A DNA stretch of 64,000 nt from Myxococcales bacterium. GTDB lineage: Bacteria > Myxococcota > UBA727 > GCA-2721815. Made by a program: the position numbers and the translations under genes. Positions 37,219 to 47,365 of this stretch are shown here, piece by piece (within the stretch, counting starts at the first letter, position 1; each line of letters opens with the position of its first letter). Under the pieces are notes generated by a model. It made no database searches, was not told the origin of the DNA, and saw nothing but the letters and a program-made list of their open reading frames with translations. Where the stretch lies: contig PBLQ01000021.1 of assembly GCA_002721815.1 (NCBI GenBank), positions 65,460 to 129,459 on the forward strand, written 5' to 3'.

Positions 37219-38136
37219 TTGAGTTTTCGGTTGATATTTTTAATGTGGATGTTGTGGTGCCCGAGCCCCGCAGCTTTCTCAGATGCAACTGATGATTCCG
37301 GTTCCCAACCCGAAACGGTCGTCCCGGTAGAGGGCCACGAGGCTTCAGCTTGCGACGAAACAAAGAACCCCTGTAGCCCATCCGAAAAATGTTTAACCCT
37401 TTTCCACCAATCTGGCAAAGGGCAACAGCGCGCGTGCTATGCACAGTGTAGCTCGCCAAAAACGGATTGTACTTTATCAACCGGAGAGCCAGGTGAGTGC
37501 ACCGCTTGGTCGGACCAAGGTCTGATTTGTGTGGGGCGCGCCAAACAGCACCAAGCCTGTGGCGATGCTCACAACACGCTCTGTGAAAAAGATCTCATGT
37601 GTCTGCAACAGGCAGAAGGGGCCAAAGGTATTTGCGGCCGGGTGTGTGACCCACAAGCATCAGCCACTTGTCAGCAGCCTGATTTGTTTGGAACCCCCTT
37701 TTGCGGCTGCCTCCATGGCGAGGTGTGCTCGGTCTCCCCCATGGTCATTCCCGTACCTGGAACGTCAGCCAAGGATGGCATCTGTACCCAGAACCAGATC
37801 GCTGGCGGTATCTGTGGGGCCTACGATGAAAACAGCGAGTTTCAACTTTGCCCAGACGGACAAGTGTGTGCCCACGCCAGCGAAACGGAAAGCCCCGTCT
37901 GTTGGAGTGAACTTTCCTTGATGGACGAACAGGGTCGCCAAATCACCGAACTCCGTTTGAAAGATGGCACCGCTTTTACCGTGGGCGAAAAGAAACGTCC
38001 TGAAACAGAGCTGATCGAAGACTTGGACAACCAATGTGGCTGCAGCAGTGCCACGCGTCCCTGTACCAACATCGCCAACATCTTGGGTTTTGTTTGGTTC
38101 GGGGGGTGCTGTATGCCTGAAATCTGTTCGCGTTAA
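37219..38136 (+). CDS. Cys-rich exported hypothetical protein
   Basis: TTG start after AGGAG. Signal peptide, many Cys pairs, C-terminal CGCSS plus a short hydrophobic segment. Confidence 0.65.
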   Translation: MSFRLIFLMWMLWCPSPAAFSDATDDSGSQPETVVPVEGHEASACDETKNPCSPSEKCLTLFHQSGKGQQRACYAQCSSPKTDCTLSTGEPGECTAWSDQGLICVGRAKQHQACGDAHNTLCEKDLMCLQQAEGAKGICGRVCDPQASATCQQPDLFGTPFCGCLHGEVCSVSPMVIPVPGTSAKDGICTQNQIAGGICGAYDENSEFQLCPDGQVCAHASETESPVCWSELSLMDEQGRQITELRLKDGTAFTVGEKKRPETELIEDLDNQCGCSSATRPCTNIANILGFVWFGGCCMPEICSR

Positions 38137-38138
38137 TC

Positions 38139-39605
38139 TTATTGAATTTCGCTGGCTGCCCTTACCAAATCCTGAAAAAAGGCCACGTACGCTTTGTAAT
38201 TTTTGATGGAGATGCGTTCATCGATCCCATGAATTCTTTGTCGGTCTCCCGCGGTCATCCAATAGGGCGTGAACCGGTAAATGTTTTTGGTGAGGTCCCG
38301 GTAGTGACGTGAATCGGTGGCCGCGATGAACAATGATGGGGCCACATAAATGTTAGGGTAATGTTGGTTGAGCGTTTTTTCGATGAGCTGGTAGCCTTTG
38401 GCTGAAGTGGGAGAAATGGCTGAGGGCTCTGAGTAAAGTGTGTTAGGGGCCACTTCGATGCGAATGTCATCGTCCTCAATGACTTTTCGGATATGATCTT
38501 TAACCGCTTGCACTGAGTCTTTGGGGTGGACGCGGAAATTAATCACTGCGCGAGCCTCGGTGGGCAACACATTGTCTTTGATGGAGCCGGAAATCATGGT
38601 GGGGGCCGTGGTGGTTCTCACCAATGCGTTTGTCGCGTCTTTACTGGCCAACTGCCCGGTAACAAGCCCATCAAAAAGCCACAGATTGCTAAAGAGAAAG
38701 CTCTGAGGAAAGGGCATGTGCGCACCGAGCGTTTCGAAGAGTTCTCTGACGGGACCATCTAAAGCGGGCTCGAGAGGGTTATCTTGAATTTTCACAATGG
38801 CAGCGGCGAGTTTGGTCACAGCGGTTTCATTGGGAGGCATGGAGGAGTGCCCCCCCATACCCGGTGCGATCAACTCTAAGCTCACATATCCTTTTTCGGC
38901 CACACCAATGAGAGCCACGGGCCGTTGCAAACCATCGATGATGCCGTCGGCAATGACCATGCCCTCATCGTGCACCCATTCGAACGCGACACCTCTTTCT
39001 TTGAGCCGCTTTGCAATTTTTTGGTTGCCGTCGCGACCGCCGGTTTCTTCATCCTGGCCAAAGGCAAAGTAAATTGTTCTTTGGGGTTGGTGTTTTTGTT
39101 CAAGCAAAATTTCGGCCGTTTCACACAAGGCCATGACCATGGATTTCACATCGATGGCACCCCGACCCCAGATGTGCGTTTGATCGATGTGGCCTGAAAA
39201 CGGTGGGTGGGTCCATTGTGCCAATTCGATGTCGGGGATGGGTACCACGTCTTGATGGGCCATGAATAACACCGGCTTAAGCTTCGGGTTGCTCCCTTCC
39301 CATTTGTAAAGCAAACCGTGTTGACCATGTTTCTCTTTGTGGAGACGTTCATGCATGAGCGGGTAGGTTTGTGCGAGGAATGTTTCGAACCGATCAAATT
39401 CGTCGTGGGGAAAGTCTTTGGGGTCTTGGGTCGAAATGGTGGGAATGGCCAGTGCGGCGGCCAATCGTTCGTGAATGGTGGCTGGACGTGGCGGCGGCGT
39501 GTTTGTTTCAGGTGCAACTGAGGCGGGTGGGGCATCGGGGGTTTGTGCCATGGCGAACGGGGCCAACAAACCGAGGGTGGCAAAGAGCGCAAAGAGCTTT
39601 TTCAT
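38139..39605 (-). CDS. M20-family metallopeptidase/amidohydrolase (PM20D1/carboxypeptidase S-like), exported
   Basis: MAHQDVVP, GRGAIDVK, GQDEETGG, DEG, GGHSSMPP, ATDSRHY, IHGIDER. Confidence 0.92.
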   Translation of the reverse strand: MKKLFALFATLGLLAPFAMAQTPDAPPASVAPETNTPPPRPATIHERLAAALAIPTISTQDPKDFPHDEFDRFETFLAQTYPLMHERLHKEKHGQHGLLYKWEGSNPKLKPVLFMAHQDVVPIPDIELAQWTHPPFSGHIDQTHIWGRGAIDVKSMVMALCETAEILLEQKHQPQRTIYFAFGQDEETGGRDGNQKIAKRLKERGVAFEWVHDEGMVIADGIIDGLQRPVALIGVAEKGYVSLELIAPGMGGHSSMPPNETAVTKLAAAIVKIQDNPLEPALDGPVRELFETLGAHMPFPQSFLFSNLWLFDGLVTGQLASKDATNALVRTTTAPTMISGSIKDNVLPTEARAVINFRVHPKDSVQAVKDHIRKVIEDDDIRIEVAPNTLYSEPSAISPTSAKGYQLIEKTLNQHYPNIYVAPSLFIAATDSRHYRDLTKNIYRFTPYWMTAGDRQRIHGIDERISIKNYKAYVAFFQDLVRAASEIQ

Positions 39606-39844
39606 TTTTGTTTCCCATGAAAGAAAAGGTCTGGATCAGGTGCAAAAGGGGGTTGGTAGTTGTCGGGGACTGTTTGAAGTGCATTTGCGTGAAGGTCTAC
39701 ATAGGTATCGGTGTGATAAAAATAAACCCAATAGGTGGCCTCAGGCAACGGGTGGTGGGGCTGAACGATGCGTCCGTAGCCCCATTGGGGGTGTTGGACC
39801 GATAAAACCAGTTGGTGAATTTCATACTCAGCCGATGCGGTCAC
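39602..39844 (-). CDS. Small hypothetical protein (80 aa), possible SH3/Tudor-like fold
   Basis: GTGA overlap with the upstream gene and ATGA overlap with the downstream gene. HPQWGYGRI motif. Confidence 0.6.
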   Translation of the reverse strand: MTASAEYEIHQLVLSVQHPQWGYGRIVQPHHPLPEATYWVYFYHTDTYVDLHANALQTVPDNYQPPFAPDPDLFFHGKQK

Positions 39845-40728
39845 AGAGACTCCCTTTCGAGAAATTCGAGTAAGCGTTGGGGATGGTCGGTGAAGATGCC
39901 ATCCACGCCCAGTTTCTCCACGACATAAAACTGCCAGGAACTGTTGAGCGTGTAAACGTGAATTTTGAGTCCTGCCTCATGCCAAGCACTGACGTTCCAC
40001 GGGGTACAAGAGAGGCTGTGCACGCCGACACCGTAGGCATCGACGGCTTGGGCATGGCTGATCAAACCTGCTCGGCCTAAGGAGGCCACTTTCATGGGCA
40101 CCACCAACAAAACACGGGGCACATCGGGAGCGATGACGCGAAATCGTTCAAGGCTCTCTGGTTCGAAAGATTGAACCAAGACACGCGGCGGACCGCTGGT
40201 TTTGGCCATTGGCAACCAGCCGTACTGCTTAAGCAAGGCCACCAATTCTATTTCAATATTGGGATGTGCGTGGGCCCGCTTGGTTTCAAGGTAAAGCCCC
40301 GGGCCTGTGTTCGGGTCGAGCTTTTCGAGAAGGTCTTCCAGTCGTAATATTCTTGCTTGGTCAAACCTCTTTTGAGCCTTATCTTTGTAGGTAATGTTAA
40401 ACCATTTACCCGAACTGAGTTGGGAGAGCTCAGCCCAGGTAAACGTTTCAATGGGCTGGTTTCGTCGATGTGGAAAGAACAGTTCAACATCGGTATCAGC
40501 CCCCAAAGATGCATCGTGAAAAATTACCAAGTGACCATCTTGGGTGCGTTGAACATCACCTTCTAAATAATCCACTGGTAACTTGAGCGCTTCTTCATAA
40601 GCGAAGACAGAGCTTTCTGGGGCAATCCCAGATGCGCCACGGTGGGCCGTCACCACCATGGGGTTGTTTTGGGTGCTACAAGCCATGGACAATGTAGCCA
40701 TGAGCATGAGGCCGCCAAGCTGCATCAT
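39841..40728 (-). CDS. Glycerophosphodiester phosphodiesterase family lipoprotein
   Basis: Lipobox SMAC. AHRGASGIAPE, LEGDVQRTQDG, FHD, YLETK, QSF, GIFTDHP. Confidence 0.92.
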   Translation of the reverse strand: MMQLGGLMLMATLSMACSTQNNPMVVTAHRGASGIAPESSVFAYEEALKLPVDYLEGDVQRTQDGHLVIFHDASLGADTDVELFFPHRRNQPIETFTWAELSQLSSGKWFNITYKDKAQKRFDQARILRLEDLLEKLDPNTGPGLYLETKRAHAHPNIEIELVALLKQYGWLPMAKTSGPPRVLVQSFEPESLERFRVIAPDVPRVLLVVPMKVASLGRAGLISHAQAVDAYGVGVHSLSCTPWNVSAWHEAGLKIHVYTLNSSWQFYVVEKLGVDGIFTDHPQRLLEFLERESL

Positions 40729-42923
40729 GCGGGATGAAACCGTTCGCCCTTTTTCGCCATGTCCACCAGCATTTGCGCAGGTGTGTAACGGGCACCGAAC
40801 TCATCTTCTAAGGTTTTGAGTTGGCGGACCACCTCTGAAACCCCTTCGCTGTCCACATGTCGGAATGGCCCGCCACGCATGGGGGGAAATCCAAGACCAA
40901 ACACGGCGCCGATATCTCCTTCAACAGGGCTGAAGAGAATGCCTTCTTGCAAGCACAAGACCGCTTCATTGACGAAGCGGAGCGCCATGCGCTGTTGAAC
41001 CCGCGCCGGGTCATGATTGTGTTTGCCTTCAATGCGATACTGGTTCACCACCTTCATGGCTTCGGGATTGATGGGTTTGCGGTTCTTAACGCCAAAAGGT
41101 TTGCCTAAGGTACTTTTGATCTTTTCTAAAGGCATGCCTTTGTTTTGTTGGGCCCCGTAAAGGAAAAAACCTTTTTGGGATTTACGACCGTGGGCACCCG
41201 TTTCAACCAGGGCTTGCACGGCACGGGGATCAGCCGAGACCACGCGCTCACCAAATGCGGCACCCAAATCTTTGGATACATGGGCACCCACATCGAGACC
41301 CACTTCATCGAGCAAGGTCACCGGCCCAACCGGAAAACCATATTTCTTCATGATGGTGTCAAGGTCGTAAGGGTTGATGCCTTCGGCGAGTAGGATCGCT
41401 GATTCGTCCATGTATGGGGCGAGAATACGCGTGGTGTAAAAGCCAGGACCGTCTTTTACCACAATCACCGTTTTACCTTGTCGAATACCGTAATCGACTG
41501 CCGTTGCCGCAGCATTTTCACTGGTCTCATCGGTTTTAATCACCTCGAGCAAAGGCATTTTTTCAACGGGTGAAAAGTAGTGCATGCCCACCACATTCTC
41601 GGGCCGTTTGCTGCCTTTGGCAATATCGGCAATGGGTAAGGCGGATGTGTTGGTCGCAAAGATGCAGTCTTCATTGATGTGCTCTTCGAGTTCTTGGATG
41701 ACCCGGTGCTTCAATGCCAAATCTTCAAAAACAGCCTCCACCACCAGTTCGCAATTTTCAAAACCGGTGTAGTTCACTTGCCCGATGACTTGTGACATCA
41801 AACGGTCGCGCTCAAAGGCGCTGATGGCTTTGCGTTTGGTTTTCTTGTTGAGAACGCTGTAGATTTGTTTTTTACCTTTACCAAGGTTTTCTTGGCTGAT
41901 GTCTTTGAGCAGTACCCGAGTCCCTTTTTGGACACTCACCAACCCAATACCGGCGCCCATGAGTCCCGCACCCAGAATCCCTAAGGTTTTAACCGCATGG
42001 TCCGGCTTTCCGAATCGGTTCTTTTTGCAGGTTTGTTGTCCAAAGAACAAAGACATGAGCGAGCCACAAGCCGGGGTTTGGGACAGTTCGGCAAACTTTT
42101 CACTCTCCATGTTAAACCCAGCCCGAATGCCACGTTTGTAGCCGTGTTCCACCACGTCAAGAATGGCGAGCGGTGAAGGGTAAAGGCCTTGGGTTTGTTT
42201 GAGGACCATACTGCGTGCTTGGCGAAACAATAGCGCACGACCAGGCGGGGTGTCTTCCAGGGCCTTTTGTTGCGCGGTGGGCTCTCGTTTGCGGGTTTTT
42301 AATTGGCCGCTGACCAATTTTTGTGCGGCCTGAATGGCCACGTGTTTGAGGCCAATGGGGGAAACCACAGTGTCTACCAAACCCAATTTTTTTGCTTTGG
42401 CAGGGCGGATGTTGCGACCGGTAAGCATCATATCAAGTGCAGCTTGAATTCCGATCAGCCGTGGCAGCCTTTGGGTACCTCCTGCGCCCGGCAGTAAGCC
42501 GAGCATGACTTCGGGAAGCGCCAATACGGTTTTGGCGTGCTGGGTGGCGATGCGGTAATGGCAAGCCAGTGCCAGTTCAAGGCCACCGCCCATGCAGGCC
42601 CCATGGATGGCAGCGATGATGGGCTTTGGGCTGCTTTCGAGGCGGTCGAAAAAAGCTTGGCCGTTTTGGCTCAAGGTCTTGATGGCTTCTGCATTGGCCG
42701 CGTTGCTGAGTTCGTCGATATCGGCACCCGCAACAAAGCAGTCTTCTTTGCCAGAGATGATCACCACAGCTTCCACGGCATTGTCTTCCGCCTGCTTGAA
42801 TGCTTCTTCGAACTCTCCCGAAAGCGTGGAGGTGAGCTTGTTCACTTTTTCACCTTGGAGATCTAAGGTAACCACCAAAATATTTTCAATGACTTCACTG
42901 TGAATGTTTTTCATGTTTTGCAT
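40725..42923 (-). CDS. fadJ: Fatty acid oxidation complex alpha subunit (FadJ/HADHA-like)
   Basis: FVAGADI, GGGLELALAC, PEVMLGLLPGAGGTQRL, GAGLMGAGI, EAVFE, GMHYFSPV. Confidence 0.92.
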   Translation of the reverse strand: MQNMKNIHSEVIENILVVTLDLQGEKVNKLTSTLSGEFEEAFKQAEDNAVEAVVIISGKEDCFVAGADIDELSNAANAEAIKTLSQNGQAFFDRLESSPKPIIAAIHGACMGGGLELALACHYRIATQHAKTVLALPEVMLGLLPGAGGTQRLPRLIGIQAALDMMLTGRNIRPAKAKKLGLVDTVVSPIGLKHVAIQAAQKLVSGQLKTRKREPTAQQKALEDTPPGRALLFRQARSMVLKQTQGLYPSPLAILDVVEHGYKRGIRAGFNMESEKFAELSQTPACGSLMSLFFGQQTCKKNRFGKPDHAVKTLGILGAGLMGAGIGLVSVQKGTRVLLKDISQENLGKGKKQIYSVLNKKTKRKAISAFERDRLMSQVIGQVNYTGFENCELVVEAVFEDLALKHRVIQELEEHINEDCIFATNTSALPIADIAKGSKRPENVVGMHYFSPVEKMPLLEVIKTDETSENAAATAVDYGIRQGKTVIVVKDGPGFYTTRILAPYMDESAILLAEGINPYDLDTIMKKYGFPVGPVTLLDEVGLDVGAHVSKDLGAAFGERVVSADPRAVQALVETGAHGRKSQKGFFLYGAQQNKGMPLEKIKSTLGKPFGVKNRKPINPEAMKVVNQYRIEGKHNHDPARVQQRMALRFVNEAVLCLQEGILFSPVEGDIGAVFGLGFPPMRGGPFRHVDSEGVSEVVRQLKTLEDEFGARYTPAQMLVDMAKKGERFHPA

Positions 42924-42937
42924 TGTAAGGGTCTTTC

Positions 42938-44251
42938 TTAGGCTTCGGGGTGTTTGAGAAGGATGGCCGAACCTTGTCCGCCAGCCGCACAACCACTCAC
43001 CACGGCGTAGCGCCCGCCATTTTCTTGGAGTCGTCGAGCGGCGGTGTTGAGCAAGCGTCCGCCCGTTGCCCCGAAAGGATGGCCCAGTGACAGGGAGCCA
43101 CCCCAAACATTCAATTTATCCAAAGGAATTTCGCCAACGGGGGCATCCATGCCCAGTCGGTTCTCGGCGAAATCTTTGGAAGCCAAGCATTTCAGATTAA
43201 AAACCATTTGTGCAGCGAAGGCTTCATGGATTTCCCAAACGTCAATATCGTCCACCTTAAGATTGTTGCGTTGCAGCAGTTTTGGGATGGACATGGCGGG
43301 ACCCATGAGCAGTTCTTCGAGAGGGTCAGCCCCGGTGTAAACTTGATCCACCACAATGGCTTTGGGTTTCAGGCCCAAACTGATGGCTTTGTTTTCTGAG
43401 GCGAACAAGACTGCGGTGGCCCCGTCGGTTAAGAAAGAGGAATTACCCGCGGTAGAAACCCCGAATTGTCGATCGAAGGCCGGCCGCAACTTGGCCAACG
43501 TCTCTGGGGTGGTATCGCCACGAGGTCCGTTGTCTTCAATGACGCTTTTGAAGCTGGGCGGAACATGCACGGTCACCACTTCATCGGCGTACACACCTTC
43601 TTTCCAAGCGGCCACGGCCCGTTGGTGAGACATGGCTGCGTAAGCATCGGTTTCCTCCCGGGTGACCCCCCAGGCTTTCGCCGCACGCTCACAACTTTGA
43701 CCCATGGTGAGGCCGGTGGAGAATTCGGTGGCTGCGGGAATGTCGGGCAAAATGTCTTTGGGACCCAGAGCAGACAGAATCTTGAAATAATCGGCGGGCC
43801 CTTTGGCTTTTTGGGTTTTCACCAGGGCTTGACGCAGATTTTTGGAAAGCCGGATGGGCGGATCAGAGCAGGTATCGGTACCGCCCGCGATGGCCAATTC
43901 CACATTGCCTAACCGAATGGCATCGGTGGCATTGGTGGCGGCCACATTGGCTGAGATACAGGCCATGGTCACGGTGAAAGCCGGAATGTCTTGGGGGATG
44001 CCCGCACCCAAACTGATCTCTCGGGCCACATTGGGGGCTCGCGGGTCAAAAATGACCGTTCCCATGGTCAGCAAGCCGATTTCTTCAGCTGGAACGCCAG
44101 TTTTGGAGAGCAAGCCAGAAACGGCGTGCCGCCCCAAATCATGGGACATTAAAGAGGTATAGGCCCCGTTACTCCTCAAAAATGGGGTTCGAACCCCCTC
44201 CACCAATACGGGGGTGTTGAGCCGGTTATTCGTATTTTTTTTCGGACTCAT
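42938..44251 (-). CDS. fadI: Acetyl-CoA C-acyltransferase (FadI/HADHB-like thiolase)
   Basis: TVTMACISAN, GNSSFLTDGA, HEAFA, GGSLSLGHPFGATG, CAAGGQG. AGGAGG RBS. Confidence 0.92.
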   Translation of the reverse strand: MSPKKNTNNRLNTPVLVEGVRTPFLRSNGAYTSLMSHDLGRHAVSGLLSKTGVPAEEIGLLTMGTVIFDPRAPNVAREISLGAGIPQDIPAFTVTMACISANVAATNATDAIRLGNVELAIAGGTDTCSDPPIRLSKNLRQALVKTQKAKGPADYFKILSALGPKDILPDIPAATEFSTGLTMGQSCERAAKAWGVTREETDAYAAMSHQRAVAAWKEGVYADEVVTVHVPPSFKSVIEDNGPRGDTTPETLAKLRPAFDRQFGVSTAGNSSFLTDGATAVLFASENKAISLGLKPKAIVVDQVYTGADPLEELLMGPAMSIPKLLQRNNLKVDDIDVWEIHEAFAAQMVFNLKCLASKDFAENRLGMDAPVGEIPLDKLNVWGGSLSLGHPFGATGGRLLNTAARRLQENGGRYAVVSGCAAGGQGSAILLKHPEA

Positions 44252-44474
44252 GTCTTCCTCCTGGTGCATCCGGTGACGCACTGCGCTATAACACTTTGGG
44301 ATCTCCCAATTTGCGGGGAAAGTGTCAAGATTACCAGGAATGTTTTGGTTTTTTTAATGCTTTTAACCCTTGGGAGCCCTCAAAAAACAGGCCTGAAAAT
44401 GGGCAGCTCCGTAGCGAGATGACGAAATTATGGATGAATGGCCCCATTTGAGGGCGTAAATGACAGGACAACGA

Positions 44475-46298
44475 ATGAGCAGCACGCAGCATTACAAAAG
44501 CAACCTTAGAGACATTCAGTTCAACTTGTTTGAGTTTCAGAAAGTGCAGGACTTCGCATTGGGCAAGGGCCCCTACGCGAACATGGATTTTGAGACCAGC
44601 AAAGACATTTTGACGAACTTTGAAGCCATGTGCCGGGAAGAATTTGCGAGCTCATTTGTAGAGTCTGATCGGGTGCCCATTCAACTGGACAAAGAAGGCA
44701 ATGTGACCCTGCCAGAAGGCCTGACCAAAACCATCGAACTTTTTTATGAGCAACAGTGGAACCTTTTGGAGTTGCCGGAGCATTTGGGTGGGTATGGCAT
44801 TCCGCGCTCGGTGTACTGGGCTTCTTTCGAACTCATCGTAGGCGCCAATCCCGCCGCCTGTTTTTACCTGCTGGGCAACTTCATCCCGGTGATTGTGGAT
44901 CGTTTGGGAACCGAGTCCCAGAAAAAACGTTTTGTGCAGCCCTCATTGGACAACCACTGGGGCGGAACCATGGTTCTCACGGAACCCGGAGCCGGCAGTG
45001 ATGTTGGGGCAGGACGCACCAAGGCCACCCACATTGAAGATGATGTGTATGAAATCGAAGGTGTGAAGCGTTTCATCACCAACGGCGACTTTAACGGCAC
45101 CGATAATATCCTACATCTCGTGTTGGCGCGGCCGGAAGGTGCAGGGCCAGGCACGAAAGGCCTGTCTTTGTTTGTGGTCCCCAAATTCTGGGTGAACGAA
45201 GACGGCTCCTTGGGCGATCGCAACGGCGCTTTCTGCACCAACATCGAAGACAAGATGGGCTTGAAAGGGTCGGCCACGTGCGAGATGACTTTTGGTGGGG
45301 ATATTCCTTGTCGAGGTGTTTTGTTGGGCGAAGTTCATGAAGGCATTCGTCAAATGTTCCATGTGATCGAATATGCACGCATGGGCGTCGGGGTGAAATC
45401 GGCCGCCACGCTCTCAACCGCATACCTCAACGCTTTGGAATATGCGAAAGACCGTGTGCAGGGGCCGGACCTCAAAAACATGCTCGACAAGTCCGCGCCG
45501 AAGGTGACCATCATCAACCACCCCGATGTGCGCCGCAACCTCATGCAGCAAAAAGCTTATAGTGAAGGTTTCCGCGCGCTCAATATTTGGACGGCAACCT
45601 TGAAAGACAAGGCGGCGCTTGCGGAAGCGGCCGGTGAAGAAAAACAGGCCAAAGACTTGGACAAGCAAAACGACTTGTTGTTGCCTTTGGTTAAAGGGTT
45701 CGCATCGGAAAAAGTGTTCACCTTGCTTTCTGACGCGCTGCAAGTTCTCGGTGGCTCCGGCTACTGCAAAGACTATCCGCACGAGCAATACATTCGTGAT
45801 CAAAAAATAGATACCTTGTATGAGGGCACCACCCACATGCAGGCGCTGGATCTCATCTTCAGAAAAATCATGCGCGACAATGGTGAGCAGCTGCGCAACA
45901 TCATGGGTGATATGGCCAACACCTTGGCCAGCGAAGAAGGGGGCGAGGCGTTGGCCGAAGAACGCATGGCGCTGGGCAAAGCCATGGCCGCCGTGCAGGG
46001 CATGCTAGAATCCATGTTGCCTAAGGCCATGGAGTCGGTTTACCACGTGGGGCTGCATGCCAACCGCATTCTCTTTTCGGTGGGCGATACCTTTTTGGGC
46101 TGGTTGCTCATTCGCCAAGCCGCGGTGGCCGCCGAAGCATTACCCAACGCGGTGGGCGATGACGTGGCCTTTTACCAAGGTAAAATCGCAGCGGCGAAGT
46201 TTTTCGCCCAAGAGCGTTTGCCCGAGGTGGTCTGTAATCAAAAGGTGATCGCGGGCAGCGTGCTCGATGTGATGGAGCTGGACGAAGCGGCTTTCTAA
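44475..46298 (+). CDS. Acyl-CoA dehydrogenase, copy 1 (FadE5-like long type)
   Basis: HYKSNLRDIQFNLFE, GTMVLTEPGAGSDVG, GVKRFIT, KMGLKGSATC, RDQKIDTLYEGTT. Confidence 0.93.
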   Translation: MSSTQHYKSNLRDIQFNLFEFQKVQDFALGKGPYANMDFETSKDILTNFEAMCREEFASSFVESDRVPIQLDKEGNVTLPEGLTKTIELFYEQQWNLLELPEHLGGYGIPRSVYWASFELIVGANPAACFYLLGNFIPVIVDRLGTESQKKRFVQPSLDNHWGGTMVLTEPGAGSDVGAGRTKATHIEDDVYEIEGVKRFITNGDFNGTDNILHLVLARPEGAGPGTKGLSLFVVPKFWVNEDGSLGDRNGAFCTNIEDKMGLKGSATCEMTFGGDIPCRGVLLGEVHEGIRQMFHVIEYARMGVGVKSAATLSTAYLNALEYAKDRVQGPDLKNMLDKSAPKVTIINHPDVRRNLMQQKAYSEGFRALNIWTATLKDKAALAEAAGEEKQAKDLDKQNDLLLPLVKGFASEKVFTLLSDALQVLGGSGYCKDYPHEQYIRDQKIDTLYEGTTHMQALDLIFRKIMRDNGEQLRNIMGDMANTLASEEGGEALAEERMALGKAMAAVQGMLESMLPKAMESVYHVGLHANRILFSVGDTFLGWLLIRQAAVAAEALPNAVGDDVAFYQGKIAAAKFFAQERLPEVVCNQKVIAGSVLDVMELDEAAF

Positions 46299-46318
46299 CG
46301 CCCCCCCCGGACTCACTT

Positions 46319-46348
46319 AAAAGCCGCCCTCGGGGCGGTTTTTTTTGT
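46319..46348 (+). terminator. Rho-independent terminator, copy A
   Basis: AAAAGCCGCCCTCGGGGCGGTTTTTTTT. Confidence 0.85.
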
Positions 46349-46442
46349 CCAATGTCGATTTGGCGTTTCCACAGTCGCTGTGCTTGTGAACACCCTGCGA
46401 ATTTGTGTAGGCTTTTCGTAACTATAATTTTGGGGAGCGCAC

Positions 46443-47360
46443 ATGGGGCGATGTTTTTTTTGGGTGATGCTGTGTGGTTTTTGGCTGCCACTTCAGGCGC
46501 AGGCGCAGGCACAGGCGGTAGAAAAACCCCGATTGTTGTTTTTAGATTTAAACGCCATTTTAATGGATACCGATGAGGTCACCATTTTAACCAAATTGGT
46601 GGGGGCTGAGTTGGGCGGTTACTCTGAATACAGTGTGATCACTTCATCTGATTTGCGGCAAATGGCCGCCCTTGAAGCCGAAAAGCAAACCATGGGCTGT
46701 ACCGACAGTTCTTGTTTGGCCGAGTTGGCTGGTGCCATGGGGGCCCGGTACGTGGTGTTTGGCGATGTGGGCAAGTTGGGAGAGAAAATCATTCTCACCC
46801 TCAACCTTTTTGATTCCCAAGAAGCCAAATCCGTAGGCCGTGGCGTACTCAAGGCCAAAGACATGGGTGAGATCGCCGACAAGCTTTCCAACACGCTGCA
46901 CCAAATGCTGCGGCCCAACACGCCGTTGCCGGTTGATGAATCGCCCGTGATGCAAGCTGCGGTCACCACACCGAGCGAGCCAGCGCCCCCGGTGAAACAA
47001 GCTGCGCAAGAAACAACGCCCCCGGCGCCCGAGGAATCAGCGCCAGCAACGGTGGCGCCTGGCAATGCTTTTCCTTGGGTGCGTGTGCTCAGCGCCTCAG
47101 TGGTGGCTGCAGCGGGTGCCGGATTGGCTTTGGGGTGGGGCCTGCCTGCTTACCTCGAGGTGGCAGACAAACAAGGGGTGGTGGACGCGGTCAAAGCCGC
47201 CGGCGATGATGTGTCCCAAACCCAATACGAGGCCATGACCCAAGCGGAAGATGCTTATTTGGCGGGGCCGATGTACGGTCTGATCGGTGGCAGTGTTTTG
47301 GCTGCCGTGGGTGTGGGCTACGCCCTGTGGGTAACCGTGAACGTTTCAACGGAAGAGTAA
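46443..47360 (+). CDS. Exported hypothetical protein (alpha/beta N-domain, Pro-rich linker, two C-terminal hydrophobic segments)
   Basis: Signal peptide. [29 protein letters not shown] segment typical of myxobacterial exported proteins. Confidence 0.75.
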   Translation: MGRCFFWVMLCGFWLPLQAQAQAQAVEKPRLLFLDLNAILMDTDEVTILTKLVGAELGGYSEYSVITSSDLRQMAALEAEKQTMGCTDSSCLAELAGAMGARYVVFGDVGKLGEKIILTLNLFDSQEAKSVGRGVLKAKDMGEIADKLSNTLHQMLRPNTPLPVDESPVMQAAVTTPSEPAPPVKQAAQETTPPAPEESAPATVAPGNAFPWVRVLSASVVAAAGAGLALGWGLPAYLEVADKQGVVDAVKAAGDDVSQTQYEAMTQAEDAYLAGPMYGLIGGSVLAAVGVGYALWVTVNVSTEE

Positions 47361-47365
47361 AAACA

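Noticed and set aside
42924..43106. N-terminal extension of FadJ given by the ORF track
   Set aside because: It overlaps the fadI 3' end, and homology begins at ATG 42923. Starts were similarly trimmed for nuoM/K/J, trmD, the OmpA gene, mnmE and pseB.
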